From assembly GCA_030390025.1 (NCBI GenBank), contig JASTWF010000336.1:124001-188000 (forward strand): 64,000 nt of DNA. Reading direction: 5' to 3'. Under the pieces are notes generated by a model that worked only from the letters and a program-made list of their open reading frames with translations, searched no databases and was not told the DNA's origin. Source of the DNA: Squalus acanthias. Lineage: Eukaryota. Positions 11,951-25,418 of this stretch are shown piece after piece (the stretch's first letter is position 1; each line of letters opens with the position of its first letter). The translations under genes were made by a program, and so were the position numbers.

Positions 11951-12760
11951 TTGGACTTTGAAACAACATCTTATTCTACTGCTGCAAATGACTGTGGGAT
12001 TCCGAATGTAACTGTGGAAATTCGGATCACTGTGGGACTGACTGCTTCTGCTGCCTGTGATAATAGGATTGAGGCCAGTTCTGTGTCTCTGTGCACTGTG
12101 AGTGATAATGTACTTACTGTGTGTGAGAAGGAGCTGCCTGCACTGTTCCTTGTGACTGGGTGGAGGAAAGATCACATTTATTCTGGCACATTGAAGTATT
12201 TTCCTAGGGAATAATAAGAGAATAATATTAGTTATAAGATATGGACAGGTGCCGGGAGAATATAAAAATAAAGTTATAATGAATGTGTTTGTTTATAATA
12301 AAGTAAAGTATCTGGAGAGAGGAAACCGCGATATAAACAGTGTCATTGTCTGACCTCACTGCAGTACAGCGGCACTCAGATTCTCCACACCAGGTGTGTA
12401 GGACGGTTCTATAGTAAGTTATCAGCATCCAGACACAACCCAAACCCAGCACTGGACCATGAATGGGACCACCCGATTGGCACAGTCCAGATTTATATCT
12501 CCCATTCCCATGGGACTACATGTAAAATTCTGGATCGCTTCCTGGAATATAACCACAGGTACCTCGGCTGTACAACAATTGTTTTCAGTCTATTGAAACC
12601 GAGTTGAGGGCCTGTGCAGTTATCAGAATGTCACAGAGCCCGGATCCTGATGTATCTGAGGGAGCGACAATGTATCTCTCGATCACCAAAAACATGGTTC
12701 TGGAGAACTTAACGCACTGAAACAAAATAACTGATTTTTGAAATGTGTTCTTTCAAGAAC
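11951..12760. repeat. Spacer module X, copy 1 (partial)
   Basis: ttggactttgaaacaacatcttattctactgctgc... is near-identical to the copies at 18.0, 53.0, 54.5 and 59.6/62.2 kb. Confidence 0.85.
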
Positions 12761-14795
12761 ACATTTCAACAACAGGGAAGGGTAAGGGAACCAAAGCAAG
12801 AGCTCCTTGGATGACGAGGGAGATAGAGAAGATGATGAAACAAAAAAAGAGGCTGTATGATGCATGTCAGGTGAATTCTTCCAGGGAGAACCAGACCAAA
12901 TACAATAAGTTGAGAGGGGAAGTGAAGATGAAAATAAGATTGGTAAAGAGAGAATATGAGAGTAGAATGGCGGTTAACATAAAAGGGAACCCAAAAATCT
13001 TGTACCGTCATGTAAACAGTAAGGGGGTAGTAAGAGGCGGGGTGGGGCCAATAGCGACAAAGAAGGTGATATATGCTTAGAGGAGCAGGGCAAGGTTACA
13101 ATACTCAATGAGTACTTTGTATCGGTGTTTACTGAGGATGAGGATGCAGACAAAATATCAGTAGCAGTGGAAAAGGTAGAAGCAATGGAAGGGGTGAAAA
13201 TTGATAGACAGGTTGTACTAGAAAGGCTGGGTATGCTTAGATTGGATAAATCACCTGGTCCAGATGGCTTGCATCATAGATTGCTAAGGGAATTGGGGGA
13301 GGAGATAGCGGAAGGGCTTGCCATAATTTTCCAATCTTCCCTAGTTGCGGGGGAGGTGCCTGAGGATTGGAAAGTGGCAAGTGTGACACCATTGTTCAAG
13401 AAAGGGTGCAAGCACAATCCTAATAACTACAGGCCGGTCAGTTTAACATCAGTGATGGGTAAAGTTTTAGAAACAATAATCAAGGAAAAAATTAGCAGGC
13501 ACTTGGAGAGGTTTAAGCTAATTAAGGAGAGCCAACACGGATTTGTAAAAGGCAGATCATGTTTGACTAATCAAATAGAATTTTTTGATGAAGTAAAAAG
13601 GAGGATCGATGAAGGGAATGCAATGGATGTTGTCTACATGGATTTTCGGAAGGCATTTGACAAAGTACCACATAGAAGGCTGGTTAACAAAATTGAGGCT
13701 CATGGAATAGGTGGGTCAGTGGCAGCTTGAATAAGGAACTGGCTTAGGGACAGAAAACAGCGAGTTGTGCTAAATGGCTGTTTTTCACACTGGAGGATGG
13801 TAGACAGTGGTGTTCCCCAAGCGTCAGTGCTGGGGCCACTGCTTTTTTTGACATATATAAATGACCTGTATAATGGAATACAAAGTTCTAAATTTGCCGA
13901 TGACACCAAACTTGGGCGTGTGGCAAACAGTGAGGATGACACCAATCGACTGCAACAGGACATAGAAAGGCAGAATGGGCAGACAAGTGGCAGATGGAAT
14001 TTAATACAGAGAAGTGTGAGGTGATGCATTTTGGCAGAAGGAACAGGGAGAGGCAATATACACTTAATGGCACAGTTTTAAAGAGTGTGCAGGGACAGAG
14101 GGACCTGGGAGTTAAAGTGCATAGGTCCCTAAAGGTGGCAGGACATATTGAGAGAGTGGTTAGCAAAGCATATGGGACCTTGGGTTTCATAAATAGAGGT
14201 ATTGAGTAGAAAAGTAGAGAAGTTATGCTGAATCTTTATAAAGTGCTAGTTAGGCCACAACTGGAGTATTGCGTCCAGTTCTGGTCACCACACTTTAGGA
14301 AGGATGTGAAGGCGCTTGAGAGGGTGCAGAGGTGATTTACCAGAATGGTTCCGGGGATGGGGGATCTTAGCTACAAGGACAGGTTGGAGAAGCTGGATTG
14401 GTTTTCATTAGAGTAAAGGAGGTTGAGGGGTGATTTGATAGAGGTGTACAAGATTATGACGGGTTTGGATAGTCTAGATGGGGAAAGGCTGTTCTCACTA
14501 GTTGATGGTACAAGGACTAGGGGACACAGATTTAAGGTTTTGGGCAAGAGATACAGGGGGGACGTGAGGAAAAACTTTTTTACGCAGCGAGTGGTGAGGA
14601 CCTGGAACTCGCTGCCAACGGAAGTGGTGGAAGTGGACACACTCAATGTTTAAGGGGAGACTGGATAGGCACTTGAGGGAAATAAACTTGCAGGGCTACA
14701 GGGATAGAGCGGGGAATGGGACTGACTCGATTGCACTGCAGAGAGCCGGCACGGACTCGATGGGCCGAATGGCCTCCTTCTGTGCCGTTATGATT
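12761..14795 (+). mobile_element. CR1/HER1 LINE, 5'-truncated
   Basis: Consecutive RT fragments (KSPGPDG, QHGFVKGRSCLTN, KFADDTK) and a 3' tail. Confidence 0.92.
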
Positions 14796-15445
14796 CTATG
14801 ACTCTATCCCGACTCTCTGTTTTCTGGTAGTGAGCCAATCCTCTATCCATGCTAATATATTACCCCCAACACCATGAGCTCTTATCTTATGCAGTAACCT
14901 TTTATGTGGCACCTTGTCGAATGCCTTTTGGAAATCCAAATACACTGCATCTACTGGTTCCCCTTTATCCACTCTGCTCGTTACCTCCTCAAAGAACTCT
15001 AATAGATTTGTCAAACACGATTTCCTTTTCATAAAACCATGCTGATTCTGCTTGATTTTATTATGATTTTCTAAATGCCCTGCTATTTCTTCCTTAATAA
15101 TGGATTGGAGCATTTTGCCAATGACAGATGTTAGGCTAACTGGCCTATAGTTTCCTGCTTTCTGTCTCCCTCCTTTTTTGAATAAGGATGTTACATTTGC
15201 GGTTTTCCAATCTGCTGGGACTTTTCCAGAGTCATGGGAATTTTGGAAGATTACAACCAATGCATCCACTATCTCTGTAGCCACTTCTTTTAAGACCCTA
15301 GGATGCAGGCCATCAGGTCCAGGGGACTTGTCAGCCTTTAGACCCACTTTTTCTCTTGTGATAGTGATTGTTTTAAGTTCCTTCCTCCCTTTTGTAGTGA
15401 TTTTCTACTATTACTGGGATGGTTTTAGTGTCCTCTACTGTGAAT
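14796..15445 (-). mobile_element. CR1 LINE internal RT fragment
   Basis: 183-aa ORF MGLKADKSPGPDG...DFQKAFDKVPH. Confidence 0.9.
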
Positions 15446-18100
15446 AGTTCTCTATCACTCAGTCTCTGGTGATTTATGTAAGTGTGGGAATCATTCTCAA
15501 TCTAAGTCTCTGTTACACTATGAGAGTGTGGGATCCAGGAAAGAGTGTGGGATAGTGCAGGAAAGTGGAGATGAGGTAGAAGATCAGCAATCATCTATTG
15601 AATGGCGGAGCAGGCTCGAAGGGCTAAATGGCCGACTCCTGCTCCTATTTCTTATGTTCTTATTTGTTTCCTGTCCGTCACTGGTACCATGTGTCAGGGT
15701 GGGATTCTATCTGTATCCGACAGACTCTGGTACCGTGTGTCAGTGTTGGGATTCATTCTGAATCAGACATTCTCTGGTAGTGTACGTGTGTGTGACATTA
15801 ATTTTGTATCTGTCTGTCACTGGGCCGTGCGAGTCTGAGATTAATTCTGTATCTGTCAGTCTCTGGTACTGTGTGTGAGTCTGAGGTTCATTCTGTATCT
15901 GTCAGTCTCTGGTACTGTGTGTGAGTCTGAGGTTCATTCTGTATCTGTCTGTCTCTGGTACTGAGTGTGAGTGTCTGATTAGATCTGAATCTGTCTGTCT
16001 CTGGTACTGTATTTCAGCGAAGGATTCCGCATGAATCTGCTACTCACTCGGTTTATGAATGTGGGATTTGTACTGCATCTATCAGTCTCTGGTACTTGAT
16101 GTTAGTTTGAGATTAATTCTGTATCTGTCAGGCCCTCTGATACTCTGTATCAGTGTGAGATTCATTCTGTCTATCAGTCTGTGTTCTGTATGTGTATGTT
16201 AGAGTAATTATATATCTGTCAATCTCTGGTGCTGTATGTGAGAATGAGATTCATTCTGTACCAATCAGTCTTTAATGTGGGGTTAATCTTGTCTCTATAA
16301 TTTTCTGGTACTGTATTACGAGTGTGTATTAATTCTGTGTCTGTCACCCTATGATACTCTTTGTCAGTGTGAGATTCATTCTCTCTCTCTGCCAATCTGT
16401 GATACTGTATGTGAGATTGAAATTTATTCTACATCTGTCAGTTCTTGGTATGGCATGTGAGTTTCGGATTCATTCTGTATCTGTCAGTCTCTGATACTGT
16501 ATGTGAGCGTGAGATTTATTCTGTACCTGTCAGTCTCTGATAATCTGTGTCAGTGTGGGATTGATTCTGTATTAGTCAGTGTCTGATACTCTATGTGACA
16601 GTGAGATACATTCTGTATCTGCCAGTCTCTGGTGTTATGTGTGAGATTCAGTTTCATTCTGTATCAGTCAGTCTTTAATATTCTGCATCAGAGTGGGATT
16701 CATTTTGTCTCTCTCATTTTCTGGTACTGTATGTGAGTGTGGGATCATTCTGTGTCTGTCAGGCCCTGTCACTAAGTTAGTGTGAGCTTCATTCTCTCTC
16801 TGTCAGTCTAAGATTCTCTATGTGAGAGTTAGATTAATTCAGTATCTGTCAGTCTCTGGTGCTGTATGTGAGAGTGAGATGTATTCTATGTCAGTCAGTT
16901 TCTGGCATGGCATGAGAATTTGGGAATTATTTTACAACTGTCAGTCTCTGATACCTTATGTGAGAGAAAGATTAATTCTGGGTCTGTTAATCTGTGATAC
17001 TGTATGTGAGAGTTATATCCAATCTTTATCTCTCAGACTTTGATACTCTGTCAGTGTGTGATTAATTCTGGATTTGTCAGTCCCTGGTACTGTGTGTGAC
17101 AATGAGGTTCTTTCAGTATCTGTCAGTTTCTGGTATGCGAGTATGGATTTTATACTGTACCTGTCAGTTTGTGGTATGTGAGTTGGGTTTTGTCCTGTAC
17201 CTGTCAGTTTCTGGAATGTGTGTGTGTGTTTTATACTGTACCTGTCATTTTCTGGAATGTGTGTGTGGGTTTTATACTGTACCTGTCAGTTTCTGGTATG
17301 TGAGTGTGGGTTGTATACTGTACCTGTCAGTTTCTGGTATGTGAGTGTGGGTTGTATACTGTTCCTGTCAGTTTCTAGCATGTGAGTGTGGGTTTTATAC
17401 TGTACCTGTCAGTTTCTGGTATGAGAGTGTGAATTTTACCCAGTAGCTGTCAGTTTCTGGTATGTGAGTGTGGGTTGTATACTGTACCTGGCAGTTTCTG
17501 GTATGCGAATGTGGATTTTTTAATGTACCTGTCAGTTTCTGGTATGAGAGTGTGAATTTTACCCTGTAGCTGTCTGTCACTGGTATGTGAGTGTGAGTTT
17601 GTGTTCTGTATCAGTCAGTTTCTATTATGTGAATGTTGATTTTATTCCGTGCCTGTCAGTTTCTGGTATGTTAGAGTGAGTTTGACTCTGTGTCAGTCAC
17701 GTTCAGGTGAGAGTTGATTTTACTCTATAGCTTTTAGTCTCTGGTATGTGAGCGTGTGTTTTGCTCTGTATCTCAGTCTCTAAGATGTGAATATGGGCTT
17801 TACTCTGTATCTGTCTGTCTGCAGGATGCAAGCATGGGTTTTATTTGTACCTGTCAGTTTCTGGTGAGTGACTGTAGATTTCACTCACTACTGGTCTGTC
17901 TCTGGTATGTGAGTGAGTTTCTGTCAGTCAGTCAATCTCAATTACTGCAATTGATTGTGATTCATTCTCAATCTATCATTCACTGTGTCTGAGTGTATGA
18001 ATCGTTCTGTGTCTCTTAGTCTCTGATACTGTTTGTGAGTGTGGGATTGTTTCTGTATCTGTTGGACTGGTAATGTAGGTGAGTGTGAGAATCATTATGT
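15446..18100. repeat. Second satellite array (46-bp then 41-bp units), with a short CR1 tail at ~15535-15663
   Basis: Starts with the same sequence as 4343 (aatagttct...tatcactcagtctctggtgatttatg). A 41-bp period is visible at 17281/17322. Confidence 0.9.
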
Positions 18101-19003
18101 AATTTACAGTCTCTTGTACTGCACTATTCTTGCTCTGTGTGACTGTTGGATTCCATTCCTTCTCCACCTTGTGTAAGGCCAAAGCTAGTTTGAGATTATC
18201 TGTGACTGTCTCAGGGGGAGGTTTAGTTCAGTCCATTATCTCCGATTCTCTGGTCTTGTCTGTTAGTTGTTGGGTTTGAGAGTCTGTGTACAGCCAGCAG
18301 TGTGGATTGACACCGTATCAGTGTCTATCTTTTCGTGAGTGTGAGGGAGTGAAAATAAATCTGCCTGTCATTGCGATATGATTGGACTTTGAAACAACAT
18401 CTTATTCTACTGCTGCAAGTGACTGTGGGATTCATAATGTAACACTGGAAATTCAGATCACTGTGGGACTGACTGCTCCTGCTGCCTGTTATAATAGGAT
18501 TGAGGCCAGTTCTGTGTCTCTGTGCTCTGTGAGTGCTAATGTACTTACTGTGTGTGAGATGGAGCTGCCTGCACTGTTCCTTGTGTTCCAGGTGTAGGAA
18601 AGATCACATTTATTCTGGTTCGTTGAAGTATTTTGCTCTGAGAATAATAAGAGAACAATATTAGTTATAAGATATGGACAGGTGCCGGGAGAATATAAAA
18701 ATAAAGTTATAATGAATGTGTCTGTTTATAATAAGGTAAAGTATCTGGAGAGAGGAAACCGCGATACAAACAGTGTCATTGTCTGACCTCACTGCAGTAC
18801 AGTGGCACTCAGATTCTCCACACCAGGTGTGTAGGACGGTTCTATAGTAAGTTATCAGCATCCAGTCACAACCCAAACCCAGCACTGGACCATGAATGGG
18901 ACCACCCGATTGGCACAGTCCAGGTTTACATCTCCCATTCTCATGGGGCTACCTGTGAAATTCTGAATCACTTCTTGGAATATAACCACAGGTACCTGGG
19001 CTG

Positions 19004-19505
19004 TAAGAACAAAAGAACATAAGAAATAGGAGCAGGAGAAGGCCATTTGGCCCCTCGAGCCTGCTCCACCATTCAAAAGGATCATGGCTGATTTGACCTT
19101 GGCCTCAACTCCACTTTCCCGCCCGCTCCCCACATCCCTTGACTCCCCTGTAGCTCAAATATCAGTCTATCTCCGCCTTGAATATATTCAATGATTCTGC
19201 CTCCACAGCTCTCTGGGTAGAGAATTCGAAAGATTCACGACCCTCAGAGAAGAAATTCCTCCTCATCTCCGTTTTAAATGGGCGACCCTTTATTCTGAAA
19301 CTATGCCCCCTAGTTTTAGATTCCCCCACGAGGGGAAACATCCTCCCTGCAGCTTCCCTGTCAAGCCCCCTCAGAATCTTATATGTTTCAATAAGAACCC
19401 CTCTCATTCTTCTAAACTCCAATGAGTATAGGCCCAACCTTTCTTCAAAAGACAACCCCTTCATCTCAGGAATTAACCGAGTGAACCTTCTCTGAACTGC
19501 CTCCA
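19004..19505 (-). mobile_element. CR1 LINE 3' fragment
   Basis: QRRFTRLIP...RGHSFRIKG and an agaacata tail. Confidence 0.9.
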
Positions 19506-19962
19506 TTTCAGTCTATTGAAACCGAGTTGAGGGCCTGTGCAGTTAACAGAATGTCCCAGAGCCCGGATCCTGACTTATCTGAGGGAGCGAGATTGTATCT
19601 CTCGATCACCAGGAACACGGCTCTGGAGAACTCAACGCACCGAAACAAAATAACCCATTTTGGAAATGTTCATTCACATTTCTCACCTGGTGCCTGCAAT
19701 AGATGCACTTTGTGAAACTGCTCACAACCTCACTGTCAGGCTGTGTTTCCACTGTTCACTGTCCAAGAACAACAGACACGGTGAGATTGGAACTGAATCA
19801 GGAACATTCACTACTGATTTGGGGGAAGAAAGCAGCAATGATTTGAAAGAGCGAGGTGATTTACTTTCTCTGTTACCTTGCACTGCCACTCACTCCATGT
19901 CCCGGAACTAGTTCCTGCTCCACTCTGCCTCTGACACACAGCCCCGACTGCCGTTGAACTTA

Positions 19963-20400
19963 AACGATAGCAAAATACTGCGGATGCTGGAAATCCGAAA
20001 TAACAACAGAAAACGCTGGAAAAACTCAGCAGGCCAGGCAACATCCGTGGAGAGAGAAAGAGAGTTAACGTTTCAGGTCGAAACCCTTCGTCGGAACTGA
20101 GAAAGCAAGAAATAAGATAAAAATGCAAGGGCGAGGCTGGGGGGAGGAATAAAAGAACAAAAGGGATGGTCTTAAGTGAGTAGAGACATTGAGAGATGCT
20201 CAAGGCAAGACGAGATGGTAATGGAACAGGTTGAGAAACAAAAGGTAAGGTGTGAAATGCTGGCAGAATCAGAGACAGCTGCCGTGGGGGGAGAGAGAGA
20301 AAAAAAGGTAAAAGGCACGGACCAAAAGAGTGGATAAAATGTATACATATGTGGTAGGGGCCGGGGTTATGATCTGAAATTGTTGAACTCGATATTAAGT
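19963..20400 (-). mobile_element. Penelope-like family A 3' UTR fragment with a mutated hammerhead motif (20063-20098)
   Basis: Homologous to 5152-5565. 12-bp TSD ccgttgaactta at 19951-19962 and 20401-20412. Core reads CCGACGA instead of CTGACGA. Confidence 0.82.
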
Positions 20401-20833
20401 CCGTTGAACTTACCCCGACTCAAAGCCCATCTGCGGACACAGTCCCAGTGCGATGTGCTGCTGTTTGCTCCCTTACTCGGGCCCGTGATATCTCCGCTCC
20501 CTGATGTGTTCAACCATCATCAGCCGAGCACAGAGGAAACGGCCCCCGCTGGCAGAGCTGGGGGAGGGGAGTTCGCAGGGCCCTTCCCGTCGGTTCAAAC
20601 ACTGTGCGGGGAGAGGGGGCGGAGCAGGCAAGTGTTTCACTGCTGAAGCGTGAAACCTGGAGGCGGAGCTGAAGCTCAGATGACGCTGTCTCTGCTCTGT
20701 CTGTCACTCTGATTCTGTCTCCTCCCAGCCTCTCTCACACTCAGCCTTTCTCAACCACATCCGGGCTGGCTTCATAAATACATCAGGACGGCGAGAGTTT
20801 ATCATTCAGTTTATATTCCTGTGAAGAAACGTC

Positions 20834-20960
20834 ATAACTGGACGAGGTAAAGGAGGCAAAGGACTAGGAAAAGGCGGAGCCAAGCGGCACCGTAAAGTGC
20901 TCCGTGACAACATCCAGGGCATCAGCAAACCAGCCATCCGCCGCCTGGCTCGCAATGGGG
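20834..20960 (+). pseudogene. Truncated histone H4 pseudogene
   Basis: ATA-ACT-GGA-CGA-GGT...(start codon lost) covers about the first 40 codons. Upstream resembles the H4 promoter at 27215-27435, with TATA changed to CATAAATA. Confidence 0.9.
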
Positions 20961-21076
20961 CAGTTTCACTAATTCTCTGATAATTTCCTCACCAGATTGA
21001 TGGGACAATAGCCCGAATGAATAAACTGACTAAATCAGTGCATTAAACTGGCGGCTCCTTCAGAGAGGCTGTGGAT

Positions 21077-21280
21077 GGCTCTTTAAAAAGGCCGTTGTGT
21101 GTTCTGTATTTTTGTCAGTAAATTGTGGAGTTTTACATGGAGCTGGCCTACTTGGCCACCCCGTGCTTGGCCAGCTCCCCGGGCAGCACCAGACTCACTG
21201 CGGTCTGGATGTGTGGACACAATCCGCACACTCCAAACTATTAGAGGTTGGTGCCCTCTCCTGGCTGAAAGCGAGTGCTG
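21077..21280 (-). pseudogene. H2B 3'-end pseudogene fragment fused to non-histone sequence, degenerate stem-loop
   Basis: Minus strand [20 protein letters not shown] codons and a damaged GGCC...AGAGCC stem-loop at 21077-21093. Confidence 0.8.
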
Positions 21281-21585
21281 CAACAAGTGACAATCATTCA
21301 GCAGAAACCATTTTAAATTCGACAGAGTTACCTCAGCACCGTGTTTATCTTCAGCTGAAAACCGTTGCAATGTATTTTATTGGTCCAGCTGTAAACTCCA
21401 AACAACCATTAAAAGCAGATGGACGCGCTCACCCGATTCTAGTGTGAACAGTGTGGTTGATCATTGAGTGTGGGACAGAAACTGCCTCTGTCACTCTGGT
21501 ACTATGTGTCAGTGTGGGATTCACTGGGGAATGTCAGATAGATACTGAATCTGTCACTCTCTGGTACAGCGTGTCAGTGTGGGAT

Positions 21586-23822
21586 ATATCCGCGAGGCTG
21601 AGAACTTCGTGGATATCACGTTTGAGGAGGTGGTCACCCCGCAGCCTAGGAGTGTGCAGGCAGAGAGGGAATGGGTGACCGCCAGACAGAAGAGGAGGAC
21701 CAGGCAGGTAGGGCAGGAATCCCCTGAGTGCATCTCGCTCGCTAATCGGTTTTCAGCTCTGAATACTGGTGGGTGCGATGGTTCTTCTGGGGAGTGCAGC
21801 CAGAGCCAAGTCCATGGCACCATGGATGGCTCAGTTGCACAGGGGGGAGGAAGAAGAGTGGAAGATCAATAGTCATAGGGGATTTGATAGTTAGGGGAGC
21901 AGACAGGCGATTCAACGGCCGCTGACGTGTCTCCAGGATGGTATGCTGCCTCCTGGTGCCAGGGACAAGGATGTCACTGAGCGGCTGCAGGACATTCTGA
22001 GGGGGGAGGGTGAACAGCCAGAGGTCGTTGTCCATATCGGTACCAACAACAGAGGGATGGGGTCCTGCTGGCAGATATTAGGGAGCTAGGAAAGAGATTA
22101 AAAAGCAGGACCTCAAAGGTAGTAATCTCCAGATTACTCCCGGTGCCACGTTCTGGTGAGTACAGAAATAGGAGGATAGAGCAGATGAATGCATGGCTGG
22201 AGAGATGGTGCTGGAGGGAGGGCTTTAGATTCCTAAGGCATTGGGAACGTTTCTGGGGGAGGTGGGACCTGTACAAGCCGGATGGGTTGGACCTCAACAG
22301 GACCGGGACCAATATCCTCACAGGGGCAAGGGTTGCTAGTGTTGTTAGGGAGAGTTTGCGGGGGGAGGGGGGGGGTGGTGTTCACCTAGCTTGGCAGGGG
22401 GATGGGAACCTGAAAGTAGATTCAGAAGGGAGAGAAGCAAAGCTGGAAATGGAAGGCAGAAAATTTGTTTTTCGAGTTTGGATGGCAGAGGAAACAAAGG
22501 CTAGAAAATAGACAACAAGGGAGTTTGGCAGTGCTAAATGGAATATACTTCAACGCAAGGAGTCTAGAGAATAAAGCAGATGAGCTGAGGGCACAGATAG
22601 ACACGTGGGAGTATGATATTACAGCCATTACTGAGACATGGCTGAAAGAAGGGCAGGAATGGCAGCTCAACATTCATGGTTACAGGGTTTTCAGACGAGA
22701 TAGAGAGGGGGATAAAAAAGGAGGGGGGTCGCAATATTGACTTAAGAAACAATTACAGCTGTGAGGAGGGATGATATCTTAGAAGGATCATCCAACGAGG
22801 CCATATGGTTTTAACTGAAAAGCAAAAAAGGGGCAATCGCACTGCTGGTAGTGGACTATAGACCCCCAAACAGTCAGATGAGGATAGAAGAGCAAATATG
22901 TAAGCACATTTCTGAGACGTGCAAAGATAGTGCAGTAATACTTGGGGATTTCAACTTCTCTAATATTAACTGGGATAAAATTAGCGAGAAAGGTATAGAG
23001 GGAGCAGAATTCTGAAAATGTATTCAGGAGAACATTTTTAGTACGGAGCAAGCCCAACAAGAGAGGGGGTGGTTCTGGACCTAGTTTTATGGAATGAAGC
23101 TGGGTAGGCGGAAATGGTATCAGTAGGAGAGCATATTGGTGGTAGTGATCGTAATTCTGCTAGATTTAACGTAATTACTGGGTCCTTTGGTTTTTTGTGG
23201 TTCATATCAATGATTTGGACTTGAATGTGGGAAGTATGATTAAGAAGTTTGCAGATGATACAAAAATTGTCCGTGTGGTTGATAATGAAGAAGAAAGCTG
23301 TAGACTGTGGAAGATATCAATGGACTTGTCAGGTGGGCAGAACAGTGACAAATGGAATTCAATCTGGAGAAGTGTGAGGCAATGCATTTGGGGAGGGCTA
23401 ACACAATAAATGGTAGGACACTGAGAAGTGCAGAGGATCAGAGGGACCTTGGAGTGCATGTCCACAGATCCCTGGAGGTAGCAGGACAGGTAGATAAGGT
23501 GGTTAAGAAGGCATATGGGATACTTTCCTTTCTTAGCCGAGGTATAGAATATAACAGCAGGGAGGTTATGCTGGAACTCTATAAAACACTAGTTAGGCCA
23601 CAGCTAGAGTACTGTGTACAGTTCTGGTCACCAGATTACAGGAATGTTGTGATTGCACTAGTGAGGGTAGAGAGGAGATGAACACGTTTGTTGCCAGGAC
23701 TGGAGAATATTAGCTATGAGGAAAGATTGGATAGGCTGGAGTTGTTTTCTTTGGAACAGAGGAGGCTGAGGGGAGATTTAATTGAGGTGTATAAAATTTT
23801 AAAGGGCCTAGATAGAGTGGAA
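21586..23822 (+). mobile_element. Internally deleted CR1 LINE: ORF1 esterase remnant, APE remnant, RT C-terminus
   Basis: GD(L)IVRG / VHIGTN / DGLDLN (SGNH esterase); YFNARSL...ITETWL (APE); KFADDTK after a deletion near 23180. Confidence 0.85.
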
Positions 23823-24710
23823 AGAACATAAGAAATAGGAGCATGTGTAGGCCATTTGGCCCTTCGAGCCTGCTCCGTCATTCAATGAGATCATGGCTGA
23901 TCTTCTGCCTCAACTCCATTCACCGGCCCTATCGCCATATCCCTTGATGCCCTTACTAGTCAGAAATCTATCAACTTCTGTTTTGAATATACCCAATGAC
24001 TGAGCCTCCACAGCCCTCTGGGGTAGAGAATTCCAAAGATTCACCACCCTCTGTGTGAAGAGATTTCTTCTCATCTCAGTCCTGAATGGCCTACCCTTTA
24101 TCCCGAGGCTGTGGCCCCTGGTTCTAGACTCCCCAGCCAAGGGAAACATTCTCCCAGCATCCACTCTATCAAGCCCTGTAATAATTTTGTATGCTTCAAT
24201 GACATCCCGTCTCATTCTTCTGAATTCAAGAGAATACAGGCCTAGTTTACTCAATCTCTTCTCATACGACAGTCCCGCCATCCCAGGAATCAATCTCATG
24301 AACCTTTGTTGCACTCCCTCTATGGCAAGTATATCCTTCCTTAGGTAAGGAGAACAAAATTGTACACAGTACTCCAGGTGTGGTCTCATTAAGGCCCTAT
24401 ATAATTGGAGTAAGACTTCTTTACTCCTGTACTCAAATCCTCTTGTAATGAAGGCCAGCATACCATTTGCCTTCCTAATGGCTTGCTGCACCTGCACATT
24501 CACTTTCAGTGACTCATGTACAAGGACACCCAGGTCCCTTTGAGCATCTGCATTCCCAATCTTTCACCATTTAGGAAATACTCTGCCTTTCTGTTTTTTC
24601 TAACAAAGTGGATAACTTCTCATTTATCCACATTATATTCCATCTGCTACGTTCTCGCCCACTCACTGAGCCTGTCGAGACCCCCTTGACTTCACATCCT
24701 CTTCACAACT
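23823..24710 (-). mobile_element. CR1 LINE 3' fragment
   Basis: 197-aa C-terminal ORF2 fragment (RPHLEYCVQF) and tail. Confidence 0.9.
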
Positions 24711-25418
24711 GACGCTGTTATATCTGGATAGATGCTGAACCTCTCAGTTTTCGGTCTATTCAAACCGAGTTCAGGGCATGTGTGGTGAACACAATGTCTC
24801 ACTATTTCTGTGAATAATACTATAATCTAAAAGCAAGCTAGGGTCGACACAGCCAAACTGTGACACGTTCCTACCCCTAAATCTCGGTAACAGAGAGTGC
24901 GTGGACCGCCTGGCTCAGAGTACGAAGTTTAAGACTGATATTCTCTCTGTCTGTCTGTCTCTCTCTCTGGTTGCTGTCTCTGGGTGTTGAGAATGGAATG
25001 CACAGGACACCAGTTGCTCTGTTCTGTTCCTCAGTTTCGGAGGAGAGAGAGACAGAGAGAGGCTAGAGGGGCGGTGAGCTCATCATTTCTATTTTCATAG
25101 AAATCAAACCTATTTCTGCCTGCGAACAAGATAATCCCTTCAAAGCAGATATGGGTGAACACAGCCAGAGCTGTGATTGGTTCCTGTCCCTGAATCTGGG
25201 GATCAGACACTGTGAGGAGCGCCGACCTCAGAGTGTTTAACACTGACTGAGCTGAGAAACTCCAACTAACCCCGAGAATCGGCAGCACAGGCCGAGCGGA
25301 GAGGAAAACCTGTCCCGGGAACTGTAAATCTGGGAGCAGATTGTGTTGTGAATGAGCAGAGTGAATATTGTGTCAGCGAGAGTGTGTTAAAGGAGCGGGC
25401 GGGTTAGACTAATGTCAA

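Larger units (their letters stand above)
18040..20640. repeat. Spacer module X, copy 2 (most complete; interrupted by a CR1 and a PLE)
   Basis: Collinear with 53050-54530 and 62178-63845. Confidence 0.85.

Noticed and set aside
12228..12452. 74-aa ORF MLGLGCVWML... recurring in four copies of module X
   Set aside because: It has a GTG start and no recognisable domain; staying open is expected in recent duplicates.
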